From NCBI GenBank assembly GCA_963771355.1, contig CAVYTA010000006.1, forward strand, positions 384,001-448,000: DNA of 64,000 nucleotides, given 5' to 3'. The position numbers and the translations under genes are program-made. Below, piece by piece: positions 12,768 to 22,672 of this stretch. The DNA comes from an uncultured Candidatus Rokubacteria bacterium (GTDB lineage: Bacteria > Methylomirabilota > Methylomirabilia > Rokubacteriales > CSP1-6). Every line of letters begins with the position of its first letter. Positions within the stretch are counted from its first letter, which is position 1. The notes under the pieces were generated by a model. The model ran no database searches, was not told where the DNA came from, and saw only the letters and a program-made list of their open reading frames with translations.

Positions 12768-13505
12768 CTAGAACCGGTACTTGAGGCCGGCGGCGGGAAC
12801 CGACGAGCCCGAGCCGCCCAGGAGTCCGAAGATTCCGGACCGATGGTGGAGACGGATGACGAAGTCCCACTGCGGGAAGCGCGGCAGCCCGAAGGTCAGC
12901 TCGAAGAACACGTAGTTCTGCAGGCGCTTGGCCTCGTCGAAATTCTTCTTCTCGAGCCGCGGGGGCTCGGTGGCGAACGAGGGCCCGTCCCCCACCGCGA
13001 TCGTGGTGGCGACGTGGTCATTCCAGGGGAAGGTCACCCAGCGGGCGACCACGGCACTCGTGAACTCCCAGTGCGTCTGGTCGCCGAACCATTTCGTCAC
13101 GCCGATCTCCGCTTCCCAGCGGAGATGCTTCCACAGCACCGCGAACTCCCGGGACATCGCCAGCGACACCATGGCCGCGTGGTCGAACTCGACCGGCTCG
13201 GTGAAGAACTCCAGGAAGTCGTTCTTGGCGAAGGGCCCCCCGTAAACCGTCACCGCCCAGGGGAAGGCCGTGTGGATGGCGTCCCGGGGGGGAACGACTT
13301 CCGCGTCGCGCGGGGCCTGCGCGGAGACTGCCGTCGCGAGGACCAGGAGAAGGACGGCGAAACACGCGGCTCCCAGCGAGGGGGCCGACGGTCGCGCGGA
13401 CGCTATTTCCGGATCCCCATCTCGCGCAGGCGCGAGGCCTCCACCAGGGAGAGGGCGCCGAGCGCAATGAGGCCCACGCCACTCCCCGAGGTCAGGGCGC
13501 CGCAT
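12768..13505 (-). CDS. Outer-membrane beta-barrel, acyloxyacyl hydrolase / PagL-like (start uncertain)
   Basis: Hydrophobic signal-like segment ending VSAQA, alternating beta-strand pattern, HHRSG motif, C-terminal GLKYRF barrel signal. Confidence 0.6.
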   Translation of the reverse strand: MRRPDLGEWRGPHCARRPLPGGGLAPARDGDPEIASARPSAPSLGAACFAVLLLVLATAVSAQAPRDAEVVPPRDAIHTAFPWAVTVYGGPFAKNDFLEFFTEPVEFDHAAMVSLAMSREFAVLWKHLRWEAEIGVTKWFGDQTHWEFTSAVVARWVTFPWNDHVATTIAVGDGPSFATEPPRLEKKNFDEAKRLQNYVFFELTFGLPRFPQWDFVIRLHHRSGIFGLLGGSGSSVPAAGLKYRF

Positions 13506-13545
13506 CGCGGCGCCTAGTATAACCAATCCGCGAGCCGGCGAAACC

Positions 13546-13574
13546 TTGCCAGGGGCCGGGAGCCGCTTCATACT
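13546..13574 (+). promoter_or_regulatory. Sigma70-type promoter for a leaderless histidine kinase mRNA
   Basis: TTGCCA (13546-13551), 17 bp, CATACT (13569-13574), then 7 nt to the ATG at 13582; no Shine-Dalgarno. Confidence 0.65.
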
Positions 13575-13581
13575 TGGCGGG

Positions 13582-15492
13582 ATGCGGTCAGAGCAAGATC
13601 CCGGCTTCGGCGCGAAGCTGCGCGCGGTGTTCGGCCTGAGCCCCACCATCCTTTGCCTCACCGGGCTGGAGGACGGCCGGGTGCGGGACGTCAACGACTC
13701 CTTCCTCCACACTAGCGGGTTCACTCGCGAGGAGGTCATCGGCCGGCCCATGGCCGAGCTCGGCCTCTGGCTCGACCCCGAGGATCGCGCGGAGGGCTTG
13801 CGCGCCCTGCGGGCGGGTCAGCAAATCCGGGGCATCGAGGCGCGCTTCCGCATGAAAAACGGGGAGCAGCGCGTGACCATCCTCGCCGCCGACGTCGTTA
13901 CTTTCGACGGGGAGGCCTGCATCCTCACCGCTCTCACCGACATCACGGATCGCACGCGCGCCGAGGAGGCGCTGCGCGAGAGTGAGCGGCGCTTCACGAC
14001 CGCCTTTCACGCCAACCCCTTGCCGATGACCATCATCGCGCTGAGCGATCACCGCCACCTCGAGGTCAACGAGGCGGCCGTCCGCCACAGTGGATATTCA
14101 CGGGAGGAGCTGCTGGGGCGCTCCAAGCAAGAGCTGGGCGTCTGGGTGGTGCCGGAGCAGAAGGAACGGATGCTCCGCCTCCTCCTCGAGCGCGGGCAGG
14201 TGCGCGATCTCGAGGTGGCGTTCCGGACCCGGGCGGGTGACCTGCGGCAGCTCCTGGTCAACTCCGAGGTCATCACCTACGACGGGGCGCCCGCGGTGCT
14301 CAGCGTGTCCCACGACATCACCGAGCGCAAGCAGCTCGAGGCGGAGAACCGCGTCCGGCGCGACGAGGCGGAGGCGCTCGCCCAGTCCCTCCGCCAGGCC
14401 AACCGCGCCAAGGACGAGTTCCTCGCCATGCTGGGCCACGAGCTGCGGAATCCGCTCGGTACCCTGACCAACGCGGTGGCGGTGCTCGACAAGATGACGG
14501 GCGACGAGACGACGCGCCACCTGCTCGCCATCGTCTCGCGCCAGACCGGCCACCTCGCCCGCCTGGTAGACGATCTCCTCGACGTGGGGCGGGTGACCAC
14601 GGGCAAGATCGAGCTCAACATGCGGCCGGTGGAGCTCCGCGCGCTGGTCGGACGGTGCCTGGACGCGCTCGTCCAGGCGGGACGCACCCAGCGGCACACG
14701 GTGACGCTCGAGGGGGTGGATCTCCACGTCGACGCCGACGTCACGCGGCTGGAGCAGATCGTCAACAACCTCCTCGACAATGCCTTGAAGTACACGCCGG
14801 GGTCGGGCTCCGTCCTGGTGGAGACCGTGGAAGAAGACCGTCAGGCGGTGCTCCGGGTCCGCGACACCGGCAACGGCATCGCCGCCGATCTCCTCCCCCG
14901 CGTGTTCGACCTCTTCGTCCAGGAGCCGCAGGGCCTGGACCGGTCGCGGGGGGGCCTCGGCATCGGGCTTGCCCTGGTGAAGCGGCTCGTCGATCTGCAC
15001 GGGGGCACGGTCTCGGTGTGGAGCGCGGGACCGGGACAGGGCAGCGAGTTCACGGTCCGGCTGCCCCTGCGGGAGCAGCCGGAGGCGGCACGGGACGCCG
15101 TGAGCCGCGCGGCCGCGCCGGTGCCGCCGCCGCGGCGCCGTGTGCTCGTGGTCGAGGACAGCGTCGACGCGCGGCAGAGCCTGCAGATGCTGCTGGAGCT
15201 GGCCGGCCACGTGGTCGAGACCTCGGAGGACGGGCCCAGCGGGCTCGCCAAGCTCGATCAATTCCGGCCCGAGGTCGCCCTCATCGACCTCGGCCTGCCC
15301 GGCATCGACGGCTACACGCTGGCCCGCATGGCACGCGACAACCCGCAGACCCGCGCCATCCGCCTGGTCGCGGTCACGGGCTATGGCCAGGCGGAGGACC
15401 GAGCGCGCGCACTCGCCGCCGGGTTCGACCTCCACGTGACGAAGCCGGTGGACGCCTCCATGCTGGAGGAGATGCTCGGCCGTCCCCGCTAG
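13582..15492 (+). CDS. Cytoplasmic PAS-PAS hybrid histidine kinase / response regulator
   Basis: Two PAS/PAC units (DITDR, DITER), LGHELRNPL, NLLDNALKY, GLGIGL and a receiver domain. Confidence 0.93.
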   Translation: MRSEQDPGFGAKLRAVFGLSPTILCLTGLEDGRVRDVNDSFLHTSGFTREEVIGRPMAELGLWLDPEDRAEGLRALRAGQQIRGIEARFRMKNGEQRVTILAADVVTFDGEACILTALTDITDRTRAEEALRESERRFTTAFHANPLPMTIIALSDHRHLEVNEAAVRHSGYSREELLGRSKQELGVWVVPEQKERMLRLLLERGQVRDLEVAFRTRAGDLRQLLVNSEVITYDGAPAVLSVSHDITERKQLEAENRVRRDEAEALAQSLRQANRAKDEFLAMLGHELRNPLGTLTNAVAVLDKMTGDETTRHLLAIVSRQTGHLARLVDDLLDVGRVTTGKIELNMRPVELRALVGRCLDALVQAGRTQRHTVTLEGVDLHVDADVTRLEQIVNNLLDNALKYTPGSGSVLVETVEEDRQAVLRVRDTGNGIAADLLPRVFDLFVQEPQGLDRSRGGLGIGLALVKRLVDLHGGTVSVWSAGPGQGSEFTVRLPLREQPEAARDAVSRAAAPVPPPRRRVLVVEDSVDARQSLQMLLELAGHVVETSEDGPSGLAKLDQFRPEVALIDLGLPGIDGYTLARMARDNPQTRAIRLVAVTGYGQAEDRARALAAGFDLHVTKPVDASMLEEMLGRPR

Positions 15493-15496
15493 CCCG

Positions 15497-16558
15497 TCAG
15501 GCCATCAGGAGGCTGCCGGGCACCTCGCGGCCCATGGTCTGGATCTCGGCCGCCGAGATCCCGTGGGCCATCAGCGCGGCCACGAACATCTGCAGCCCGT
15601 CCACCGGCGTGGGATTGCCCGTCTGCCCGAGATCGGTCCCGAGCACGAAGTGCCGCGCGCCCACCGCGCGGATACAGGCCGCCGTCTCCGCCAGCTCGAC
15701 GCGGGCGGAGTGCCGCATGAACTCGAGCGGCGAGTCGGGACCGGTGAGCATGCCCAGCGCGCAGAGCTCCATCCGGCCGCCGAGCGCCGCCGCCTTCTTC
15801 ATGTGGGCGGTCGTCATGCCCACCACGTCGAACTGGGCATGGGTGACCACGATGCGGTCGCAGCCGGCCTCGCGGGCGGCGGCGATGAGGACGAGCGCCT
15901 CGTCGGCGGACGCGTGCCCGGTATGCACGACCAGCCGTTGCTGGGCGCACACCGCGAGCACCTCGCGCACGGCGGGGAGCACCGCGCCGCGCTCGTCCAC
16001 CACCCGGATGCCCGAGGGCGCGGTCCCGCCGCGGCGGACGTGGTTGTCGGCGTCGAAGGTGGGGAACCACACCACGCGGCCGTGGCCGCCCTGCATGCGC
16101 CACATCCACTCGACCGCCTTGGGGTTGAGGCCGCCCACCGCGCCATTCAGCACGATGCCGCCAAAGACCTTGATGCCAGGCACGTGCTTGCGCGCCAGCC
16201 AGGCGCGGTCGGCGGTGGCGGTGACGTGGTTCTTGAACACGAGGGCTTCCATCTGCCGCGTGGCGGCCAGCTGCGCCAGCTCGTCGTCGTCCACCGCGCG
16301 GCCGAAGATGTCGGGAGCGGCGTGGGTGTGGAAGTCGATGAGCCCGCGAATGGGGCTGACCGGCGGCGGCGGCGGCGAGTAGCCCTGAACCCCTCCGGCG
16401 GGAGCGGCGGCGCGCGAGGTGGCGGCGGCGCGTCCGGCGGCGGCGGGCCCGCCCCGTCGGCGGCTCGCATGGGCCGCGCGCGCGGCGTGATGGACGAGGG
16501 AGCAGCCGCAGAGAAGCGGACGCGGGGCGACGGGGGCGGAACCGGTTGTGGGGATCAT
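15497..16558 (-). CDS. DUF6282-like amidohydrolase-fold (PHP/TIM barrel) protein; start uncertain
   Basis: IDFHTHAAPD, KNH, GGIVLN..VGGLNP, VVWFPT, TGH, VTH and GTDLGQ motifs. Confidence 0.75.
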   Translation of the reverse strand: MIPTTGSAPVAPRPLLCGCSLVHHAARAAHASRRRGGPAAAGRAAATSRAAAPAGGVQGYSPPPPPVSPIRGLIDFHTHAAPDIFGRAVDDDELAQLAATRQMEALVFKNHVTATADRAWLARKHVPGIKVFGGIVLNGAVGGLNPKAVEWMWRMQGGHGRVVWFPTFDADNHVRRGGTAPSGIRVVDERGAVLPAVREVLAVCAQQRLVVHTGHASADEALVLIAAAREAGCDRIVVTHAQFDVVGMTTAHMKKAAALGGRMELCALGMLTGPDSPLEFMRHSARVELAETAACIRAVGARHFVLGTDLGQTGNPTPVDGLQMFVAALMAHGISAAEIQTMGREVPGSLLMA

Positions 16559-16583
16559 AGGCCCCGGATCATACACGACCGGG

Positions 16584-17700
16584 TCAGGCGCGAAAGGCCG
16601 CGTGCTCCACCGTCCACTGCTCGAGGAGACTGGGATCGGGCTCCTGCGCGATCCCCGGCACCTGGGAGACGGCGACCTCGCCCGGGCCGCTGAGCACGAT
16701 CTCGGGCTTGCCGAGATCGTCATTGTAGAAGTACGACGAGGGGAAGATGTCACCCGGATAGGTGAAGTTGGGCAGGGTGGCGAGCTCGGCGCAGATGGCG
16801 CCGCCCACCGCGCTCTCGAGCATGCCGCCCACCCAGCAGGGGATGCCGTGCTCGGCGCAGAGGGCCTGGATCTCGCGCGAGGCGGTGAGGCCGCCCACGC
16901 GCCCCATCTTGATATTGACCACCTTGCAGCTCCCCAGACGGATGGCCGCCCGCACATGGGCGAGGCTCTGCGCGCTCTCGTCGAGACAGACCGGCGTCTC
17001 GAGCTGGCGCTGGAGATCGGCGTGATTCACCAGGCTCATGCCGTCGTCCTCGAGCGGCTGCTCGATCATGGCCAGCCCATGGCGGTCCAGGGCGCGGAAG
17101 AGCTCGAGGTCGGCGAGCGTATAGGCGGCATTGCAGTCCACGTGGAAGGTGAAGCGCGGAAAGGTGGCGCGCACCGCCTCCACCATCTTGAGGTCCCAGC
17201 CCGGGGCGGAACTTGAGCTTGATCCGCGGGAAGCCCGCGTCGATCGCGCCCTGGATCTTGGCGAGCAGGATGTCGAAGGAGTCCTGGACCCCGAAGTCCG
17301 CGCCCACCTTCACGCGATCGCCCGTTCCGCCGAGCGCCGCGTGCAGCGGCAGGCCCCGGCGCTTGGCGTCCAGCACCCACCAGGCGATGTCCAGCGCGGC
17401 GCGCGCGAACTCGTTGCCCTTGATGAAGGCGATGCGATCGAGGAGGTCGCGCGAGGTCTCGAGATCCTGGCCGATGAGGCGCGGGGCCATGTACTCCCGC
17501 ACGGTGTGAAAGGCGGCGAGGGTGTGCTCCGACGAGTAGTTGGGGATGAGCACGGGGCAGCTCTCGCCCCAGGCATGCTGCCCGCCGCCTTCCATGCGCA
17601 CGAGGATGGTGTCGCTGTGGAGCTGGTCGCCATAGGACGTCTTCCAGACGAAGGCCAGGGGCAGCTTGGCCCAGTACACGTCGATGCGCTCGATCTTCAT
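16584..17700 (-). CDS. menC: o-succinylbenzoate synthase / N-acylamino acid racemase (enolase superfamily); +1 frameshift at 17200-17202
   Basis: KLK, VDCN..Y, IEQP, CLDES, NIK..RVGG and GGMLES motifs split across two frames; removing one C at 17200-17202 restores KFRPGWDLKMVEA. Confidence 0.82.
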
Positions 17701-17765
17701 GGGGTTCCCTCGCATGCCGCGGGATGATACCGCGGCGCCGCGCGCGGTGGTAGACTGCGGCGCCG

Positions 17766-18989
17766 ATGTGGAGGCCGCTGCCCGCCTACCCGCTCTACTG
17801 CGCCTACTGCCTCATCGTGCGGGCCCTCCGGGCGGTGTACTGGACCGCCGCCGTCTACTTCTACATCAGCGTGGTAGGGCTGGACCCGTTCCGGCTCGTC
17901 ATCGTGGGGACGGCGCTGGAGGTGGTGATTCTCCTCGGGGAAGTGCCCACCGGGATTGTCGCCGACGTCTACAGCCGCCGGCTCTCGGTGATCCTGGGCG
18001 TTGCCCTCATGGGCGCCGGCTTCGCGTTCGACGGGGCGGTGGGAGCCTTCTGGGCCACGCTGGTGGCGCAGCTCATCTGGGGCCTGGGCGCGACCTTCAC
18101 CAGCGGCGCGCTCGGCGCGTGGATCGCCGACGAGTTTGGCGGGGAAGACCTTGAGCGCGTCTACTTGCGCGGCGCGCAGTGGGCCGGCGCCGGCGAGCTG
18201 CTGGGCATCGGGGTCGGGGTCGGGCTCTCCTACGCCGGGCTCGCCCTGACCATGATCTTCGCCGGCGGCGCGCTCCTGGCCTTCGCCGCCTTCCTGGCCG
18301 CGGTGATGCCCGAGCACGGCTTCGCGCCCCTCGCGCGCGGGCCGCGCGGCGCCTGGCCGCATCTCGGGTCGACGCTTCGCGCGGGCCAGGCGGTGGTGCG
18401 AGGGAGCGGCTCGCTCCTGGCGTGCGTGGCGCTGGTGGTGCTCCTGGGCATGGGGAGCGAGAGCTTCGACCGGCTGTGGGAGGTGCACCTGCTCGGCATC
18501 GGCCTGCCTGTGGTGTCCGGGATGACTCCGGTGGCCTGGTTCGGGGTGGTCAACGCCGGCGGGGTGCTCCTGAGCATCGCGGCGGCCGAGGGGATGCGCC
18601 GCCGCGTGACGCTCGGCGCGCCGCGCACTCTGCTGCGGCTGCTGCTCGCCTTCACCGGACTCATCACGCTCGGCATGGTAGCCTTCGGCGCCGCGCGCAG
18701 CTTCGCGGCCGGCGTGGCCGCCTACTGGCTCACGCTGCTCCTGCGCCAGCTCGTCGCTCCGCTGATCGACGCCTGGCTGGCACGCCGGACGCCGTCGGCG
18801 GTTCGCGCCACGGTCCTGTCCTTTGCAGGCCAGGCGGACGCGGCGGGGCAGATCGCCGGCGGTCCCCTCTTCGGCTGGATCGCCGGCGCGCATTCCACAG
18901 GCCTCGCGCTCGCGGCGGCCGGGCTAACCCTGCTGCCCGGCATCCCGCTGCTGCTCCGGGCCCTCCGGGCGGACGCGCGGGAAGTGTGA
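17766..18989 (+). CDS. MFS transporter (TetA(P)-like)
   Basis: About 12 TM segments; EVPTGIVADVYSRR, FTSGA..AWIADE, SESFDRLW and RATVLS..GQ motifs. Confidence 0.88.
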   Translation: MWRPLPAYPLYCAYCLIVRALRAVYWTAAVYFYISVVGLDPFRLVIVGTALEVVILLGEVPTGIVADVYSRRLSVILGVALMGAGFAFDGAVGAFWATLVAQLIWGLGATFTSGALGAWIADEFGGEDLERVYLRGAQWAGAGELLGIGVGVGLSYAGLALTMIFAGGALLAFAAFLAAVMPEHGFAPLARGPRGAWPHLGSTLRAGQAVVRGSGSLLACVALVVLLGMGSESFDRLWEVHLLGIGLPVVSGMTPVAWFGVVNAGGVLLSIAAAEGMRRRVTLGAPRTLLRLLLAFTGLITLGMVAFGAARSFAAGVAAYWLTLLLRQLVAPLIDAWLARRTPSAVRATVLSFAGQADAAGQIAGGPLFGWIAGAHSTGLALAAAGLTLLPGIPLLLRALRADAREV

Positions 18990-19041
18990 GACCATCCGCC
19001 CCGACGGCGGAGCGACCCACTCTTCACGAAGGGAGACGGCC

Positions 19042-20136
19042 ATGCGCGCAGAGGCGGCGGTGCTCTACGAGGTCCGGAAGCCCCTGGTGGTCGAGGACGT
19101 CGAGCTCATGGAGCCGGGCCCGGGCGAGGTGCGAGTGAAGTGGACGGCCAACGGGGTCTGCCACAGCGATCTCCACGTGATGACGGGAGATTATCCGCAT
19201 CCGCTGCCGGTGGTGCTGGGGCACGAGGCCGCCGGCGTGGTGGAGCAGATCGGCGCCGGCGTCCAGACGGTGAAGGCCGGCGACCACGTCTGCTCCAGCT
19301 ATATCCCGTCCTGCGGGCGCTGCGGCTACTGCATCGGCGGCCAGCCGACGATGTGCGCGCTCCGCGACAAGCCGCGCTGGTTCATGCTGGACGGCACCGC
19401 GCGCTTCCGCCGCGGCGGGCAGTCGCTCCATCACTTCCTCCAGGTGTCGGGCTATGCCACCCACGCGGTGCTGCCGGAAGAAAGCGTCATCCCCATCCGA
19501 AAAGATGCGCCGCTGGACGTGGTCTGCCTGGTGAGCTGCGGCGTGCTCGCGGGGGCGGGGCCGGTCTTCAATCGCGCCAAGGTGCCGCCGGGGGCGAGCG
19601 TGGCGGTCTGGGGCTGCGGCGGCGTGGGGCTCAACACCATCCAGGCCGCGCGCCTGGTGGGGGCGGGCAAGATCATCGCGGTGGACGTGATGCCGCGGAA
19701 GCTCGCGTGGGCGGAGGAGTTCGGCGCCACGCATCTCGTGGACGCGTCGAAGGAGGACCCGGTGGCCCGCGTCCACGCCATCAGCGGCATGGGCGGGGTG
19801 GACTACTCGTTCGAGGTGGTGGGGACCCAGAAGACCATCGAGCAGGCGCTCCTCGCGACGCACCGGGGCGGCACCTGCGTGGTGGTGGGGGTGAGCCCGG
19901 CGGGCACGCGCATCTCGGTGGACCCGTCGCTCCTCCTCCAGCAGCGGGTGCTCACCGGGTCGTCCTTCGGCGCCGGCCACCAGCGCACCGACGTGCCGAT
20001 GCTGATCGACCTCTACATGAGCGGGAAGTACAAGCTCGACGAGCTGATCACCCGGCGCGTGCCGCTGCGCGAGCTCAACGAGGCCTTCGACCTCATGGTG
20101 CAGGGCGAGGTCAAGCGGAGCGTGGTCGTCTACTGA
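19042..20136 (+). CDS. Zn-dependent alcohol dehydrogenase (MDR family)
   Basis: GVCHSD, LGHEAAG, CGRCGYC..C structural Zn site and GCGGVG. Confidence 0.95.
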   Translation: MRAEAAVLYEVRKPLVVEDVELMEPGPGEVRVKWTANGVCHSDLHVMTGDYPHPLPVVLGHEAAGVVEQIGAGVQTVKAGDHVCSSYIPSCGRCGYCIGGQPTMCALRDKPRWFMLDGTARFRRGGQSLHHFLQVSGYATHAVLPEESVIPIRKDAPLDVVCLVSCGVLAGAGPVFNRAKVPPGASVAVWGCGGVGLNTIQAARLVGAGKIIAVDVMPRKLAWAEEFGATHLVDASKEDPVARVHAISGMGGVDYSFEVVGTQKTIEQALLATHRGGTCVVVGVSPAGTRISVDPSLLLQQRVLTGSSFGAGHQRTDVPMLIDLYMSGKYKLDELITRRVPLRELNEAFDLMVQGEVKRSVVVY

Positions 20137-20145
20137 TTACTACTC

Positions 20146-20466
20146 CTACTGGATCACCGAGCGGGGCGTCGCCACCAGGCGCGTCACCTTGATCTTCTCG
20201 CGGTCGATCATCGTGGGCACGCGCGGCGAGATCTCGGTCTTCCAGTAGTCGCTCTGGTACACGGCGTCGTAGAGACGCTTCCGCTCCGCCTCGCTCTCGA
20301 AGCGGCGGATCCAGACATAGACGCTCTCGTCGTCCTCACCCACGAAGCTGCCCAGGATGACCATGCCCATCTTGACCTGGAAGGGGATGATCTCCTCCTC
20401 CATGCACTTCACCCAGTTGTCCCGCTGGCCGGGGTGCAGGTGGTACTGGCGGAGCTCGAAGATCAC
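20146..20466 (-). CDS. NIPSNAP family protein
   Basis: IFELRQY start, VWIRRF, L.ATPRS end; 106 aa; SD GAGGAG. Confidence 0.85.
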   Translation of the reverse strand: MIFELRQYHLHPGQRDNWVKCMEEEIIPFQVKMGMVILGSFVGEDDESVYVWIRRFESEAERKRLYDAVYQSDYWKTEISPRVPTMIDREKIKVTRLVATPRSVIQ

Positions 20467-20495
20467 GAGGGTCTCTCCTCTCGGCGGGCTTTGAT

Positions 20496-21377
20496 CTAGA
20501 CGGCGGCGGGGACGGGCGCGTCCACGTCCAGGGTGGTGACGCGCCGGAGCTCGCGGCGATACTTCGCGTCGTCGAAGGCCCGGGCGCGGTGCATGGTGGC
20601 GCGGTTGTCCCAGATCACCAGATCGCCCACCCGCCAGTGGTGGCGGTAGACGAACTGGGGCTGGGTGGCGTGCTCGATGAGATCGCGGAGCAGCAGCCGC
20701 CCCTCGGGTACCGGCCAGTCGATGATGCGCGAGGCATGCGAGGCCACGTAGAGCGACCGGCGCCCCGACCGCGGGATCGTCCGGATCAGGGGATGGACGG
20801 CGCCCTTGAGCGCTTCCGCCTCGTTCTCGGAGAACTCGAAGCCGAGCGTCTGGCGCGAGTGGGCGATGGAGTGGTGGACCCGGAGACCTTCCAGGCGCTC
20901 CTTCATCTCGGCGGGAAGGGCGTCGTAGGCGGCGCGCATGTCGGCGTACTCGGTGTCCGCGTCCACCGGGGGCACCACCTTGGCGGACAGCATGGAGTAC
21001 CGTCCCGGCGGATCCTGAAACGACGCGTCGGTGTGCCAGAGCCGGTTGCCGAGCCCGTACATGCGGCGCCGGTGGTCCGAGCGCATGATCTCGCCGTTCT
21101 CGTCCAGGTTCGAGATATCCCCGAGGGCCTCGTTGCCCAGCCGGTTCTTCTGCAGCGCGCTGATGCCGAGCTTGGTGTGGAGCACCCCGTCCAGCCGCTG
21201 GGCGAAGTCGAGGTGCTCGGGGTCGGTGAAGGGCTGGTCGTGGAAGACGAGCACCGCGTACTGGTCCATCCCCGCCCGGATCTCGGCGAGAGTGGCGGCG
21301 TCGTGAACTTGCCGCAGATCGACCGGACCTACCTCCGCGGCGAAATGCGGCGTCAACTGGCGAAAGCTCAGCGCCAT
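20496..21377 (-). CDS. TauD/TfdA family Fe(II)/2-oxoglutarate dioxygenase, TfdA-like
   Basis: WHTDASF, YSMLSA.VVPP, DMRAAYDALP, WDNR..MHR and RELRR.T motifs. Confidence 0.9.
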   Translation of the reverse strand: MALSFRQLTPHFAAEVGPVDLRQVHDAATLAEIRAGMDQYAVLVFHDQPFTDPEHLDFAQRLDGVLHTKLGISALQKNRLGNEALGDISNLDENGEIMRSDHRRRMYGLGNRLWHTDASFQDPPGRYSMLSAKVVPPVDADTEYADMRAAYDALPAEMKERLEGLRVHHSIAHSRQTLGFEFSENEAEALKGAVHPLIRTIPRSGRRSLYVASHASRIIDWPVPEGRLLLRDLIEHATQPQFVYRHHWRVGDLVIWDNRATMHRARAFDDAKYRRELRRVTTLDVDAPVPAAV

Positions 21378-21453
21378 GTGCTTCCCTCCCATGAGGAATT
21401 ATCCCGAGCGTAGGCCCGGCGGGGGGCCGCGGTCAAGTCTCGGACGCGCGTGG

Positions 21454-22611
21454 CTACCTGAGGCGCGCGCTGGCCAGGGCGGCGCCCTCGACGAGCGCGC
21501 GAAGCTTGGCCCACACCACGCTCTCCGCGCACATCTCGGAGCCGGCGAAGGTGCCGAAGCCGCAGTCGGTGGACGCGATGACCCGGGTACGATCCCCCAC
21601 CGCCTCGACCGCCTGGGCGATGCGGTCCGCCACCACCTCCGGATGCTCGACGTAGTTGGTGGTGGTGTCGATGACCCCGGGAAGAAACAGCAGGGATCCC
21701 GGCAGCCCGCGCCGCGCCAGCACCTTGTACTCGTGCTGGTGGCGGGGATTGGCCAGCGGGAGGGACAGCGCGCCCACCCGGGCGCGGAGCAGCACCGGGA
21801 GGATGTCCTCCAACGGCACGTCGTGGACGTGGGGCCCGTCGTAGTTGCCCCAGCACACGTGCAGGCGAATGCGGTCGGGCGGGATGCCCTCGGTGGCGCG
21901 GTTGATGGCTTCCACGTGGAGCTCGATCGCGCGGAGGAAGCCGTCCAGGGACTCGCCCTGGAAGAAGCGCACCCGCTCCATGGCGAGGTCGGGGCAGTCG
22001 AGCTGGAGCAGGAGCCCGCGCGCGTGGATGAGCGCGTACTCCTTGCGCATCTCGTCCGCCAGCGCGAGCACGTAGCGCTCGTGCGAGTCGTAGTGCGCGT
22101 TGAGGAGCACGGTGGCGATGGTGCCGGGGGAGGCGGCGGTCATGAACCGCTCGACGAAGCGGCCGGGCGCGGCGTCGGTCACGCGCTGGAAGAGGGCACA
22201 CTCCCGCTCGGCCTCGCCGAGGTCCTCGTAACGCACGGCGGCGATCGCCTGCGGCGCATCGCCGATCCGCGCCGCCGACTGGCGCCGCCGGGCCAGCATC
22301 TCGGCGTAGTCGGGAAACTCGGCGACGTCACGCGCCGGCAGGCGCGCGCTGACGCCGCCGAAGCCGCGCATGCGCCGCGCCACGTAGGTGGAGAAGCCGG
22401 CCCGCGGCTGCTCGCCGTCGTTCCCGACGTCGATGCCGATCTCCGTCTGGCGGGCCACCACCGTGCGCACCGCCGCTTCCGCCTCGCGGGCCAGCGCGCC
22501 CGTGTCCACCGGCTCGCCGCGATCCTGACGGACGAGCAGGTCACGGAGGACGGGGTTGCGCGGGATGCTGCCCACGTGGGTGGTCAGGATGCGGTCGTCG
22601 CTCTTGCGCAT
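21454..22611 (-). CDS. Cobalamin-independent methionine synthase II family protein (epoxyalkane:CoM transferase-like)
   Basis: ILTTHVGS, NDGEQ, QLDCPDL, HVCWGNY.GPH, ANPRH.HE and STDCGF motifs. Confidence 0.88.
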   Translation of the reverse strand: MRKSDDRILTTHVGSIPRNPVLRDLLVRQDRGEPVDTGALAREAEAAVRTVVARQTEIGIDVGNDGEQPRAGFSTYVARRMRGFGGVSARLPARDVAEFPDYAEMLARRRQSAARIGDAPQAIAAVRYEDLGEAERECALFQRVTDAAPGRFVERFMTAASPGTIATVLLNAHYDSHERYVLALADEMRKEYALIHARGLLLQLDCPDLAMERVRFFQGESLDGFLRAIELHVEAINRATEGIPPDRIRLHVCWGNYDGPHVHDVPLEDILPVLLRARVGALSLPLANPRHQHEYKVLARRGLPGSLLFLPGVIDTTTNYVEHPEVVADRIAQAVEAVGDRTRVIASTDCGFGTFAGSEMCAESVVWAKLRALVEGAALASARLR

Positions 22612-22672
22612 GAGAACCCGCGCCAGGGTACCATCGGCGGGCGGAGTCGACATCGAGTTCAGGAGGGGCGCC

